The notes below the pieces were generated by a model, which saw only the letters and a program-made list of their open reading frames with translations, ran no database searches and had not been told where the DNA came from. DNA of 64,000 nt from positions 384,001 through 448,000 of the forward strand of contig CAVYRF010000001.1 of the NCBI GenBank assembly GCA_963770895.1. Direction: 5' to 3'. Position 1 is the stretch's first letter; every line of letters begins with the position of its first letter. Positions 10,001 through 18,306 of the stretch are shown piece by piece. Made by a program: the position numbers and the translations under genes. The DNA comes from an uncultured Acidobacteriota bacterium (GTDB lineage Bacteria; Acidobacteriota; Thermoanaerobaculia; Multivoradales; UBA5704).

Positions 10001-13000
10001 GGCCGCACCGTCGCCGTGCGCGCCGTCGTCGTACAGCGAAAACGTCTGCGCCGCCCCGCCGGCTACGGGCGTCAGCGTCACCGTGAGCACCGCTCCCGTC
10101 ATGGCCGTGCCGTTCTCGTCGAGCGTGGCGCTGACGTTGAGCGTATCCCCGACGAGGTACGACAACGCTGCAACGTTCACCCGCAAGCGGATCGGGGATC
10201 GCATGGCGACCGTCGCCGTCCAGGATGCTCCTGCGGGCGAGACATTGGGTCCCGTGCCGCCGTTGGCCGCGGCAACGTTGAGCGTCCATATTCCTGGTAC
10301 TGGTTGGTGAAGTATCAGCGTCTGGCGATTTTGTGTTGCCGACGATGTGACCTGATACTGGCTCGCCAGATTGTCCACCGAAAGCGCTGAATAGACGGTT
10401 CCGTTCGGATCCGCCACCGTCACCAGCGGATCGGCACCGTCGGTCAGGACGCTGAGCGTCAAGTCTGTCGCCCCATCCACCATCACTGGCACGGATGCCG
10501 ACGGCGTCGCCGCCGTCAAGGAACCGCCGAAAGTGGACGCGGGCCGCAGGTCGAAGGCCGGAGAAAGGGTTGCGTCGCGGCTGACGGATGAGGTCCCGGC
10601 GATACGATCGCGGCCGGCGCCGGCCTGGCAGACCGTGTTGTCGATCTCGGTGCAAAGCGTTGGCTTCACGGCGCCGTCGTACAGGGCCGCCCAGACCGCC
10701 GGATTGGCGATGACTTTGGAGTGCAGGACCGAATTGCTCTGCGGGGTCAACTGCAGAATCGCCAGGAGCAGGTCGACGATCTCCGACGGCGCCAGGCTGG
10801 GGAGAATGGAGACAACTTGCGCCGGCTGGACGTTGCCGCCCTGCTCGATCAACAGATCGGCCTGGTCGCCGGCTCCCGGCAACCACTCCTGGCTGGCCAG
10901 GTCGACGACGTCGTCGGACCCGCTGAAGGTCGTCGTCACCTGAGCGCTCGCGGTCACGCTCGCCGAAAGCGACAGGCTCGGAGCTGGCAGGTCGACGACG
11001 GTGTATTGCCGCTGGGTGCCGATTGGATAGATCCGCGTTGCCGGGCTGTTCCTCGGCGGGTACTTTTGATTGAAGATGCTTGCCTGCGCGGCATGGAAAT
11101 TGGGCAATGCGGCGTCCTGCCACCAGGTCGAGGGCAGGCAGGAGGCGACGTTGCCGGACTCGATCGTCAGCGCCTCTGCCTCGGGATGGAGGTACCACTG
11201 ATCGAATGCCAGCTCAAACGGCTGCGCTCCCAGATGAGGAGTGTCAAGGGTGAGGATCGCACCGACATTCTGCGGGCAGGCCAGCGTGCCGCCCGCGCCG
11301 CAAGCCGCATAGGCGCGTGCGATCATGCCGCCATAGCTATGACCGATCAGGATCAGCGACTGCGCGTTCGCCAGGTACGACCGCGTGGAGATATAGCCGG
11401 TGAGCGCTGCCACGTTGTCCTCGACACCTTCCTTGCCATTGAGCGTGTCGACCACGCACACGTGATCGTGGGGCGCGTCCGGTTGCGTGTCGTCGGGGCA
11501 CGAAGTGACCGCGGCAGACGCGCATGACGGCGAGGCGCCAAAAAAATCGTTCTGGATCTGGCATTCGATCTGCGCCACCGGCGGACTCTGGCCGCTGAAC
11601 TGAGAGCTGCGCCAGTACCCGGCGCCGGTGGCGCCTGCACTTGTCGGGGTATCGCACGGCGAGAAGTCGTAGCCCCGCAGCAGCAGCACGAACGGCGTGC
11701 CCACGGTCAGGATCGTGCCGAGCGGCGGGCCCATCCCCTCCGCGTCCGCCGCCTGCACGGAGACGGTATGGCCGCCGTCCGCCAATCCGCTGGTGGAGAC
11801 GATGAAGGTGGCCGAGGTGGCGCCTCCGGCCAGGGTCAGGGTCTGGCAGCTCGCCGAGCCGTCAAGGCAGAGCCTGGCGGCGTTCGCCGGCTTCGAGAAC
11901 GTGGCCACGACCGAGACCGTGCCGGCGCCCGAGGTCGGATTCGGCTGTGGATCGATGGCGGTCACCAGGACCGGGGCGGTGGTCGTGACGGTGATCTGGA
12001 TCGCCAGCGTGGTAGCGCACAGCGCATCGCTCATCTGCACCACGTCGACTCCCGCTGCGCTCCCCGCCGTATACGAAACGCCGGGCCCGGCGGTACCGGC
12101 CAGCGATCCGTTCGCCGGCTGCACCAGCGCCCACTGGTAGGATCCGGAACCGCCATATCCCTGGAGCTGCAGGGTCTGCCCGGCAAGAGCCGGAGGGTTC
12201 TTCGGCGACGCGGACAGCACGACGCCGGTGCAGTCGGTGGCGTTCACCACGACCGTGGCCGCCCCGGACGACGAGCCGCAGGTGCCGGTCAGCTGGAGCG
12301 TGTACATGCCCTGCACGTCGGGAACGAAGCTCGGCGCCGCCGTGGCTGCGCCGCTCAAAGTCGCGTTGGAACCCGGCGGCTTGGTGACGAACGTCCACAG
12401 CAGGGCGGGAGCACAGCCTGTCGAGGTCGCCGAGCCAGCGAGCGTCACGGCGGCCTCCACCTTCACGTTCTGGTTCTGCCCGGCGCTGACCGTCACCGGG
12501 CCGTACAGCTGCACACCACGAAGATAGAAGGTGTCGGTGATGCCATCGGACGGATCGACGTCGCAAGTGCCGTTCGCCGAAAATGGCGTCATCTGGTAGG
12601 TCTGTCCCGCGTGTAAGACGATCTGGTTCGCGCCCGAGAAGGTCTGGGTGATCTCTGTGTAGTTCGGATAGCCGAAGTACGAGCCGGCGCCGTCGCTGGT
12701 CGCCAGCAGCGTCGATCCGTCGCCGCTCCACACCTGGAAGTCGTTCGGCGGAATGCAGCTGCCGTTGCCGCAGATCGCCCAGAAATCCACCGAGGTGATC
12801 TGGAGGTCGATGTCCGGCACCACCGACACGTTGCCGTGACCGCAGTAGCCGCCGTCAAGTGGGCCGACGCTGAAGTCCGCGGCGATTCCGGGCGGGTGGG
12901 CGGCCACCACGAAATCGACGTTGCCCGCGGTGCCAAATTCCTGCCAGGCAGAAGCGTTGCCGCCGGGATCCACGACTCTGGCTTGCCAGTGATACTGCCC

Positions 13001-13801
13001 ATCCGCCAGGTTCCCCGAAGCCACACTCGCCACCGTTCCCGCGGGCACGAACCCGCTCGTCAGATTGGCCTTCCCCGTGAACGCCGTAGCGAAGGGCTGG
13101 AGCTCGATCTGCAGCTGTGCCGGGTCCACCTGCGATGCGCTTTCGACGCTGGCCGAGAAAATGACAAACTGCTCGGTGAGGCCCCGCCCCTCCGGGAATG
13201 GCGTTCCATCCGGCTTCTCCTGGACGAGGGAGAAAAAGTAGCTCTGGGGAGGCACGCCATAGATCTCGAAGAACTGGCCGGCGTACTGGCCCTGGTAGCT
13301 GCTTGCGGAAGCGAGCAGCGTGCCGGCGCCCTGTCCGGTTCCCCGCAGCACAAAGCTGTAACCAGTCCCGGGCACCAGGTTGATGCGATTGACTCCTACG
13401 AAGTTGACGCCGAACTCGGTGGTGAACGCGCCGTTGAAAAATTGCAGCTCATTGACGGCCGAGGTCGCGAGGAGTTGACCGGTGTCCTGACGCCGGACCT
13501 CGACGTAGAACTGCGTAGGCTGCGGGTTTTCTGCAAGAGACAGCCAGAGAAATATACTGTCCAGCTGCGCTTCATTCGTGGTGACGACCGTTGAAGTGAT
13601 CGTGCCGTTGAACCAGCCCGCGAGCGTCAGGTCGACGGTCGGTGCGTATCCCAGGCTCCCTTCAGCCATCCCGTCAGGAGTGCCTTGCGTTGCCCAGACT
13701 ACCGATCCAGTCTGCCCCAGGGCACTCCGCCAGGCTGGTGAGCAGAGCAGGCCCATCATCATCAACAACGGCGCCGAGGATCGGAGCAAGCGGTGGATCA
13801 T
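7085..13801 (-). CDS. Giant secreted multidomain surface protein (Ig/PKD-like domains, alpha/beta hydrolase, Ca-binding repeats, IPT/TIG, C-terminal PCRxxDTR domain)
   Basis: Signal peptide after a GAGGT RBS; LIGHSYGG nucleophile elbow and LDTPHLG; LYDDGAHGDGAAGDGVY; DSDGDGMPDAWE/DPDGDGLSNVEEY repeats; IPT domain; 3x GQxxQLxA...YxWxGPxG.xS..QNP; C-terminal FHTLEPCRIVDTRG...DASGYFE. Confidence 0.85.
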   Translation of the reverse strand: MIHRLLRSSAPLLMMMGLLCSPAWRSALGQTGSVVWATQGTPDGMAEGSLGYAPTVDLTLAGWFNGTITSTVVTTNEAQLDSIFLWLSLAENPQPTQFYVEVRRQDTGQLLATSAVNELQFFNGAFTTEFGVNFVGVNRINLVPGTGYSFVLRGTGQGAGTLLASASSYQGQYAGQFFEIYGVPPQSYFFSLVQEKPDGTPFPEGRGLTEQFVIFSASVESASQVDPAQLQIELQPFATAFTGKANLTSGFVPAGTVASVASGNLADGQYHWQARVVDPGGNASAWQEFGTAGNVDFVVAAHPPGIAADFSVGPLDGGYCGHGNVSVVPDIDLQITSVDFWAICGNGSCIPPNDFQVWSGDGSTLLATSDGAGSYFGYPNYTEITQTFSGANQIVLHAGQTYQMTPFSANGTCDVDPSDGITDTFYLRGVQLYGPVTVSAGQNQNVKVEAAVTLAGSATSTGCAPALLWTFVTKPPGSNATLSGAATAAPSFVPDVQGMYTLQLTGTCGSSSGAATVVVNATDCTGVVLSASPKNPPALAGQTLQLQGYGGSGSYQWALVQPANGSLAGTAGPGVSYTAGSAAGVDVVQMSDALCATTLAIQITVTTTAPVLVTAIDPQPNPTSGAGTVSVVATFSKPANAARLCLDGSASCQTLTLAGGATSATFIVSTSGLADGGHTVSVQAADAEGMGPPLGTILTVGTPFVLLLRGYDFSPCDTPTSAGATGAGYWRSSQFSGQSPPVAQIECQIQNDFFGASPSCASAAVTSCPDDTQPDAPHDHVCVVDTLNGKEGVEDNVAALTGYISTRSYLANAQSLILIGHSYGGMIARAYAACGAGGTLACPQNVGAILTLDTPHLGAQPFELAFDQWYLHPEAEALTIESGNVASCLPSTWWQDAALPNFHAAQASIFNQKYPPRNSPATRIYPIGTQRQYTVVDLPAPSLSLSASVTASAQVTTTFSGSDDVVDLASQEWLPGAGDQADLLIEQGGNVQPAQVVSILPSLAPSEIVDLLLAILQLTPQSNSVLHSKVIANPAVWAALYDGAVKPTLCTEIDNTVCQAGAGRDRIAGTSSVSRDATLSPAFDLRPASTFGGSLTAATPSASVPVMVDGATDLTLSVLTDGADPLVTVADPNGTVYSALSVDNLASQYQVTSSATQNRQTLILHQPVPGIWTLNVAAANGGTGPNVSPAGASWTATVAMRSPIRLRVNVAALSYLVGDTLNVSATLDENGTAMTGAVLTVTLTPVAGGAAQTFSLYDDGAHGDGAAGDGVYGGSTTLGAPGAFVLAVTAAGSSDLGQYQRYQSGTIAVGTPQVVLDGGFTESAPDVNGNGLFDSVNWSFTVDVPGAGHYVAFGDLAAPDGTVVASAETAIDPTGSGPQPLTLVFSGQQLYHGGRPGPYSLQNLRVTMETAAGPQLAGRFSPTVVTTGPYWSWLVFESDASPGFTWISPVTITATSASSFILAWSLADGNGATTIDLFYDQLGNGFNGVPIVAGLGGVNGPTSYTWDMSALADGTYHVYALVSNGAASQAVYGGSVQKVTDSDGDGMPDAWETAHGLNPNDAGDAYMDPDGDGLSNVEEYRHGTDPHVADSDGGGESDGSEVDNGRDPTNASDDVRGVSITAVAPGIGDSRGGDQVMLLGSGFKAGATVTFGGAPAARVIFVSSSRLFAITPPNGTGQVDVTVNNPGGAGAATLSGAFGFLCEFVEPPTVSSNAPLCPGQSLQLSATGLAGATYSWSGPNGFSSNLQNPTLPQATTAASGVYTVTLQAGSCSLAATATVVVSAPAGPAPANSGPACAGQNVQLSAADIANATYQWTGPGGYTSSAQNPLLAAAPATASGAYSVTATVNGCVSQATTTNVVVRSLPTAAVSGSAQICAGASSTVQAALTGAAPWAVNWSDGVSEPATAASPASRVVQPASTTTYTVTSVSDSYCTGTASGAAVITVNTTAPPTAGNNGPACAGQDVQLTAGAVAGATSYSWQGPGGFSSSSQNPLLTGAQPGASGTYRVTTTVGGCSSQPATTKVLVRSLPTALVSGSQQICPSGQASIQAALTGEAPWRVTWSDGNVQTGIGASPDDRAVMPGTATSYSIATVSDAFCQGTASGSAVITVGGRCNTSFHTLEPCRIVDTRGTAGAYGGPALQGGEARSFTLAGQCGIPASAKAVALNITIVGATAPGYLSVYPAGDVVSTSTMNFAPGQIRANNAICALGPAGAVTVLFGQTSVASVHLLLDASGYFE

Positions 13802-13974
13802 CGAAAGATTACCTCGCTGGGGCGGCACAATGGTCCAGAAAAAGGCACCTGCCCCGATAAACCTGCCGATCACCTGTCTGTCAGACTTTGTAGTTTATGC
13901 TAGAACACCGACAGCTTAAGAGTCAACGGGAATTGGGGGCGATATCCGCCGCTCACAGGCTGGAGCGAAGTGCC

Positions 13975-14151
13975 ATGGCGAATGCGCGCAGCATCGGGCG
14001 GCGCTGGTTGGTGGGCGCTGTGACGTTGGCGGCGGCGCTCGTCGCCTGGGGGGCTCTCCCGATTGGTGCAACGCGGGCGGCGGCCGGTCGATCCGGAGTC
14101 GTTGTTTCGCATCGCCAGCTGCCGTGCGGCAGTGGCCCGGCTGAGCTATGA
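13975..14151 (+). pseudogene. Short ORF that is almost only a signal peptide (possible remnant of a secreted-protein gene)
   Basis: MANARSIGRRWLVGAVTLAAALVAWGALPIGATRAAA then ~20 aa and a stop; GGAG RBS. Confidence 0.3.
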
Positions 14152-14209
14152 TTCAAGTCGGTTCTGTCGCGGCACTGGCTGCCGCTAGGGCGCATCTGTG
14201 ACTCAAGCC

Positions 14210-14554
14210 ATGCGAGCTAAGATCCCTCTATCCCCGGCGCGTTCGGAGCCTCCTCCCGAACTCGGCGGCGGCGATGGCGGCCTTGACGCCCTGCCGGGGG
14301 GCGACTTGGTGGCGGCGGGTATCCTGGACCTGGCGCGCGGTGCCGAAACCGCTGCTGCTCTCCTGGTATCGATCGGCGCCGAGCGTCTCCGCCGCAGCGG
14401 GCTTGTCGTGCCGGAGCCGGTTTTCCAGTCGCCGGAGCGGCGCCTCTACGATCGCCTGGCTAATGAGGATTCCGACAGCGCTCACTCCCGTTACAACGCC
14501 CTGATCCGCCGCCTGGTGAGCTGCGAGCGCGCGCTCGAATGCGCCAGGCGCTAG
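14210..14554 (+). CDS. Small helical hypothetical protein, partner of the downstream nucleotidyltransferase
   Basis: LPGGDLV..GI.DL...LLVSIG..RL...AHSRYNALIRRLVS; overlaps the next ORF by 16 nt; start uncertain. Confidence 0.7.
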   Translation: MRAKIPLSPARSEPPPELGGGDGGLDALPGGDLVAAGILDLARGAETAAALLVSIGAERLRRSGLVVPEPVFQSPERRLYDRLANEDSDSAHSRYNALIRRLVSCERALECARR

Positions 14555-15072
14555 ATCGCGATCGCCTGCTGAGCTTCCTGCGCTGCCTGGGCGCTGAGGC
14601 AAAGGAGGAGACCCGCCTTTACATCACCGGCGGCGGCACCGCCGTGTTGCTCGGCTGGCGCGCCAGCACGATCGACCTCGACATCAAGATCGAGCCCGAT
14701 AGCGACCGCCTGCTCCGCGCCATCCCTGCTCTCAAGGAGCGCCTGAACGTCAACGTCGAGCTGGCGGCACCGGACGACTTCATCCCCGAGCTGCCCGGCT
14801 GGCGAGAGCGCAGTCCCTGGATCGGCCGTGAGGGCCAGCTCTCCATCCGTCATTACGACCTGGTTGCCCAGGCCCTGTCGAAGATCGAGCGCGGCCACGC
14901 GCAAGACCTGCGGGACGTGCGGGAGATGCTGGCGCGAGCCCTGATTCATCGTCAGGAGCTGTCGGACGGCTTCGAGCAGATCGAGCGGCAGCTCTACCGC
15001 TATCCATCGATCGATCCAGAGTCGTTTCGCAGGGCAGTGACAGCAGCTGCCGCCGAGGACGATCGAACCTGA
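14539..15072 (+). CDS. Nucleotidyltransferase-fold protein (DUF6036-like)
   Basis: YITGGGTAVL..WRASTIDLD (GG...DxD) and SKIERGHAQDLRD motifs. Confidence 0.75.
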   Translation: MRQALDRDRLLSFLRCLGAEAKEETRLYITGGGTAVLLGWRASTIDLDIKIEPDSDRLLRAIPALKERLNVNVELAAPDDFIPELPGWRERSPWIGREGQLSIRHYDLVAQALSKIERGHAQDLRDVREMLARALIHRQELSDGFEQIERQLYRYPSIDPESFRRAVTAAAAEDDRT

Positions 15073-15108
15073 TGCCCGCGCCGACGACCTGCTCCTCGTG
15101 AGATCGGC

Positions 15109-15135
15109 CGCACCCGCACCCGCACCCGCACCCGC
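15109..15135. repeat. (CGCACC)4 hexamer microsatellite between convergent genes
   Basis: Direct reading: cgcacc x4 plus cgc. Confidence 0.8.
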
Positions 15136-15165
15136 GCACCACGCAGCCGCTCCAGGTTACGCGGC

Positions 15166-15741
15166 CTAATCCACAGCCGCGCTCGCCGTGACGATGGCTG
15201 CCGCCATGGCGAGCCTGTGATCGCTGTTCCAGGGCGGCCCGATGGCCTTGCGCAGCTGGAGGAAGTGAGCGTCGAGGTTGTCCACGCGCAACGCCTGGCT
15301 CGCCGCACCCAGCACGCTCTTGGGGTCGTACCAGTGGACGGGCAAACCCAGTGCCTGGGCCGCGGCGGCCAAGGCGTTGCGGTACATCACCCAGTCGGCG
15401 ACGTTTTGCGCGCGGTAGTCTTTGATTCGCTCGGCGATCGTGGGTGGCAGCGGTTGGCGCTGGCGAAGGGCGACACCCAGGATGCGCGGCACTGCCATCG
15501 CGACGGCTTCAAAGGCGAGTACCGCGTGCCTCTCTGCCGACGCGCGCACGCGTTCGACCAGCTCCACGGCCTGGTCGAGCGCCAGCCGTTGGCCTTCGGA
15601 ATGGTGCGGCAGCCTCGGCAGGTCCGCGTCCACCAGCTCCACTCGGCGGCGGTCGAGGAGCGTCCCCTCGCTCGCCGCGGTCACCAGCACCGCCCACCCG
15701 CCGTGATCCGAGACCCCGATGATGCCGCCGCTCTTCGACAT
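15166..15741 (-). CDS. Hypothetical protein, possibly RNase H-like fold
   Basis: Coherent 191-aa ORF with RBS (GAGGGA); starts IIGVSDHGGWAVLV; function not recognised. Confidence 0.7.
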   Translation of the reverse strand: MSKSGGIIGVSDHGGWAVLVTAASEGTLLDRRRVELVDADLPRLPHHSEGQRLALDQAVELVERVRASAERHAVLAFEAVAMAVPRILGVALRQRQPLPPTIAERIKDYRAQNVADWVMYRNALAAAAQALGLPVHWYDPKSVLGAASQALRVDNLDAHFLQLRKAIGPPWNSDHRLAMAAAIVTASAAVD

Positions 15742-15964
15742 GATGTTCCCTCACACCTGGCTTCGGCCGCCCGCCCCGATCCCAGCTCACCGGCCGGGGC
15801 CGCTGTCGCGGAAGATATGGCTGAGCGTAGCGCACCATGGGCCTTCCCGGACGCCCCAGTGCGATCCCTGCGTGCGACGATCTGCGGATGTCACTGGGGC
15901 CGGGCGCATTGCGTATCCCCAGGTGAAAGAATGGCGGCGTCACTTACCGATCGGGGGATGCGCG

Positions 15965-16330
15965 ATGCGAATGCGGGGCACGGCTTGGGTCGTGGGGTTG
16001 GTGCTGGCGCTGGCCGTGGCTGGTTGCGGCCACGGCGGGCCGACGGAACCGGCGAACACCGGCCAGCTGCTGGTCAAGGATTCCGGCTGCGCTTGCAGCA
16101 AGGGGCCGTTTCCTCCCATCCCGATCTATATCGACGGGGCGCAGGCGGGCAACCTGCCGGTGTTCGGCCAGGTGTCGTTCACGCTGGCGCCGGGAACGCA
16201 CACCTGGGCCTACAGCAGTCCGGCCATCGCAACGCCGGTCAACATCGTCGCCGGCGCCACGGTCACCGAGAACGTCTATTCGGTGATCGACTGCGACCAG
16301 GGCCAATGCCCCGATCCGGGCGACAGTTGA
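15965..16330 (+). CDS. Small Cys-containing lipoprotein
   Basis: Hydrophobic signal with lipobox LAVAG-C; beta-rich mature part. Confidence 0.75.
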   Translation: MRMRGTAWVVGLVLALAVAGCGHGGPTEPANTGQLLVKDSGCACSKGPFPPIPIYIDGAQAGNLPVFGQVSFTLAPGTHTWAYSSPAIATPVNIVAGATVTENVYSVIDCDQGQCPDPGDS

Positions 16331-16357
16331 GCCCGCTCCGCGGCCGGCGAGCGCGTT

Positions 16358-18286
16358 TCAGCGGCCGGCGGCGATGGCGTAGGGGGACGCTTTGGTGGCC
16401 TGTTCGTCGTAGACCAGAGGCAGGCGCGCGCGCAGCGGCTGGGGGAACTTGGCCCAGACGTCCAGGGGAAGGACGAGCCGCAGGCCCGGGCTGGTGTCGA
16501 GGCGCCGGCTCAGCTCCGCCGGGTCGGCCACGGCGTCCACCTGGCGGGCCAGGTCGAATTGGACGATCCCCTGCAGGGTTTCGCTCGGCCGGTAGGAGAC
16601 GACGGGACGCGTGCCCGGATCCAGGCGGGCGATGGCCGCAGTCAGGTCGTGCGGGTTCTTGAGGGGGTCGATGGCGGCCTTGATGGCCGTGTGGTAGACC
16701 AGGACCAGGGCCAGGTAGGGGAGCACCAGCCAGGCACCGCTCGGCGTGGTGGCGGCGCGCAGGTGGCGGATGCAACGCAGCCACAGCAGCGCGGTCCATG
16801 CGAGCGCGATCACGGCTGCGGTCGCCAGGAGTCCGCCCGTCAGCTGGGCCGCCAGGGGCGCCGCGGGGAAGGACCGGAACGCTCCGCGGCTGGCCTGCCA
16901 GGCGGCGATCCACAGGACGGGCGGCAGCAACCCGGCCAAGGCGAGCAGCGACAGGGCGGTCGGCCGATCCCACCGGGCACGCCGCCCGCCCGGTCCCTCG
17001 CCCTCCCCCGGTTCCGTGCTCTGGCCCGATCCCAGGCGGTCGAGCCACAGCCCGATCGGTACGGCCAGAGCGGGCAACAGCGGGACCAGGTAGACCGTGC
17101 GCTTGCTGGCAGCGATCGACAGCAGCAGGGTGCCCAGGAAGAAGCAGGCTAGCAGCAGGCGGCGCGGGGCGGCAGCCCAGGCCGGCGCCTCGCCGCTGTC
17201 GCCGCGGAGCACCGCGGGCAGCGCCAGGCTCCAGGGCAGCAGGACGGCGATGCCGGCCGGCAGGTAGTACCAGAAGGGGAGCCGATGGCCGTAGACGACG
17301 CCTGCCTTGGTGGGCAGGAGGCGGCCGATGGTGTTGCCGACCAGGCATTCGCGCAACGCTCCCCAGCCGGCGGCGTGCACCAGGGCGATCGCCCACGGCA
17401 GGGCAAACGCCGCAAACACGGGCATGCCGACCAGCAACACCGGCGCGAGCAGGCGCAGGGTTTCGCTCCAGGTGCGCCGATCCGTGTCCCCAGCTGCGGC
17501 CCCGGCAGCGCTGGCGGCTGCTTGGTCTCGCGCCGCGCGGCCCGTCCTGGACCTGCCGAAACCCGCCCCCGTCGCCAGCAGCCAGGCGACCGGCGGACCC
17601 GCGGCCAGGCCGAGCCCCACCATCCCCTTGGCCATGAAGGCCAGCGACACGGCGACGACGACCAGCAGAGTTGCGCCCCAGCTGCCCACCGCACCCCGGG
17701 CGCCCGACCGCGCCTGGCCGGCGCCGGGGGAGGGGAGGGTGCCGCTGCGGCCGCCAACGGCGGCGGCGCGGCGGCGGCCGTCCGCGGCGAGCAGGAGGGC
17801 GAAGCCGGCGTAGGCGAGGGTGACCGTGAGGACCAGCGGCGGATCGACGATGGCGCGGCGCATGTCTTCGCCGAATTCGGCCATCGAGGCCAGCGCTCCG
17901 GCGGCCAGCCAGCCGGCGCTGGCGCGATCTGTCAGCCAGCGGGCCAGCAGGAAGGTTGCCAGCAGGGTGAGGGTGGCGCAGGCCGCCGACGGCACGCGCG
18001 CCACGGTGTCGGAGACTCCGAAGGTGCGGTAGGCGGCCGCCTGCAGCCACCAGGTGAGCGGCGGTTTTTCGAGGAAGGGCTGGCCGTTCAGGCGCGGGAC
18101 CACCCAGTCGTGGGTGACCAGCATGGTCTTGCCGAACACCGCGTCGCGCGGCTCGTCGGGGGTCCAGAGCGTGTGCGACCCGATGCCGGCGAACGACACC
18201 ACCGCAGCGACCAGGGTGACCCAGGCCAGCTCTACCAGTCTGCCGCGTCCGGCGCGCGGCGTCGCCGCAGGTGCCTCGTGGTTCAA
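16358..18286 (-). CDS. ArnT/PMT (GT39/GT83)-like membrane glycosyltransferase
   Basis: LWTPDEPR, PRLNGQPFLEKPPL, AFMAKG, PFWYY, ASKRTVYLVP; many TM helices; TTG start after GAAAGGA. Confidence 0.9.
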   Translation of the reverse strand: MNHEAPAATPRAGRGRLVELAWVTLVAAVVSFAGIGSHTLWTPDEPRDAVFGKTMLVTHDWVVPRLNGQPFLEKPPLTWWLQAAAYRTFGVSDTVARVPSAACATLTLLATFLLARWLTDRASAGWLAAGALASMAEFGEDMRRAIVDPPLVLTVTLAYAGFALLLAADGRRRAAAVGGRSGTLPSPGAGQARSGARGAVGSWGATLLVVVAVSLAFMAKGMVGLGLAAGPPVAWLLATGAGFGRSRTGRAARDQAAASAAGAAAGDTDRRTWSETLRLLAPVLLVGMPVFAAFALPWAIALVHAAGWGALRECLVGNTIGRLLPTKAGVVYGHRLPFWYYLPAGIAVLLPWSLALPAVLRGDSGEAPAWAAAPRRLLLACFFLGTLLLSIAASKRTVYLVPLLPALAVPIGLWLDRLGSGQSTEPGEGEGPGGRRARWDRPTALSLLALAGLLPPVLWIAAWQASRGAFRSFPAAPLAAQLTGGLLATAAVIALAWTALLWLRCIRHLRAATTPSGAWLVLPYLALVLVYHTAIKAAIDPLKNPHDLTAAIARLDPGTRPVVSYRPSETLQGIVQFDLARQVDAVADPAELSRRLDTSPGLRLVLPLDVWAKFPQPLRARLPLVYDEQATKASPYAIAAGR

Positions 18287-18306
18287 GTGGCTGGTCCTTT
18301 CAGGGA

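Noticed and set aside
15109-15135. Hexamer repeat as a phase-variation switch
   Set aside because: It lies between two convergent 3' ends, not in a promoter or coding region
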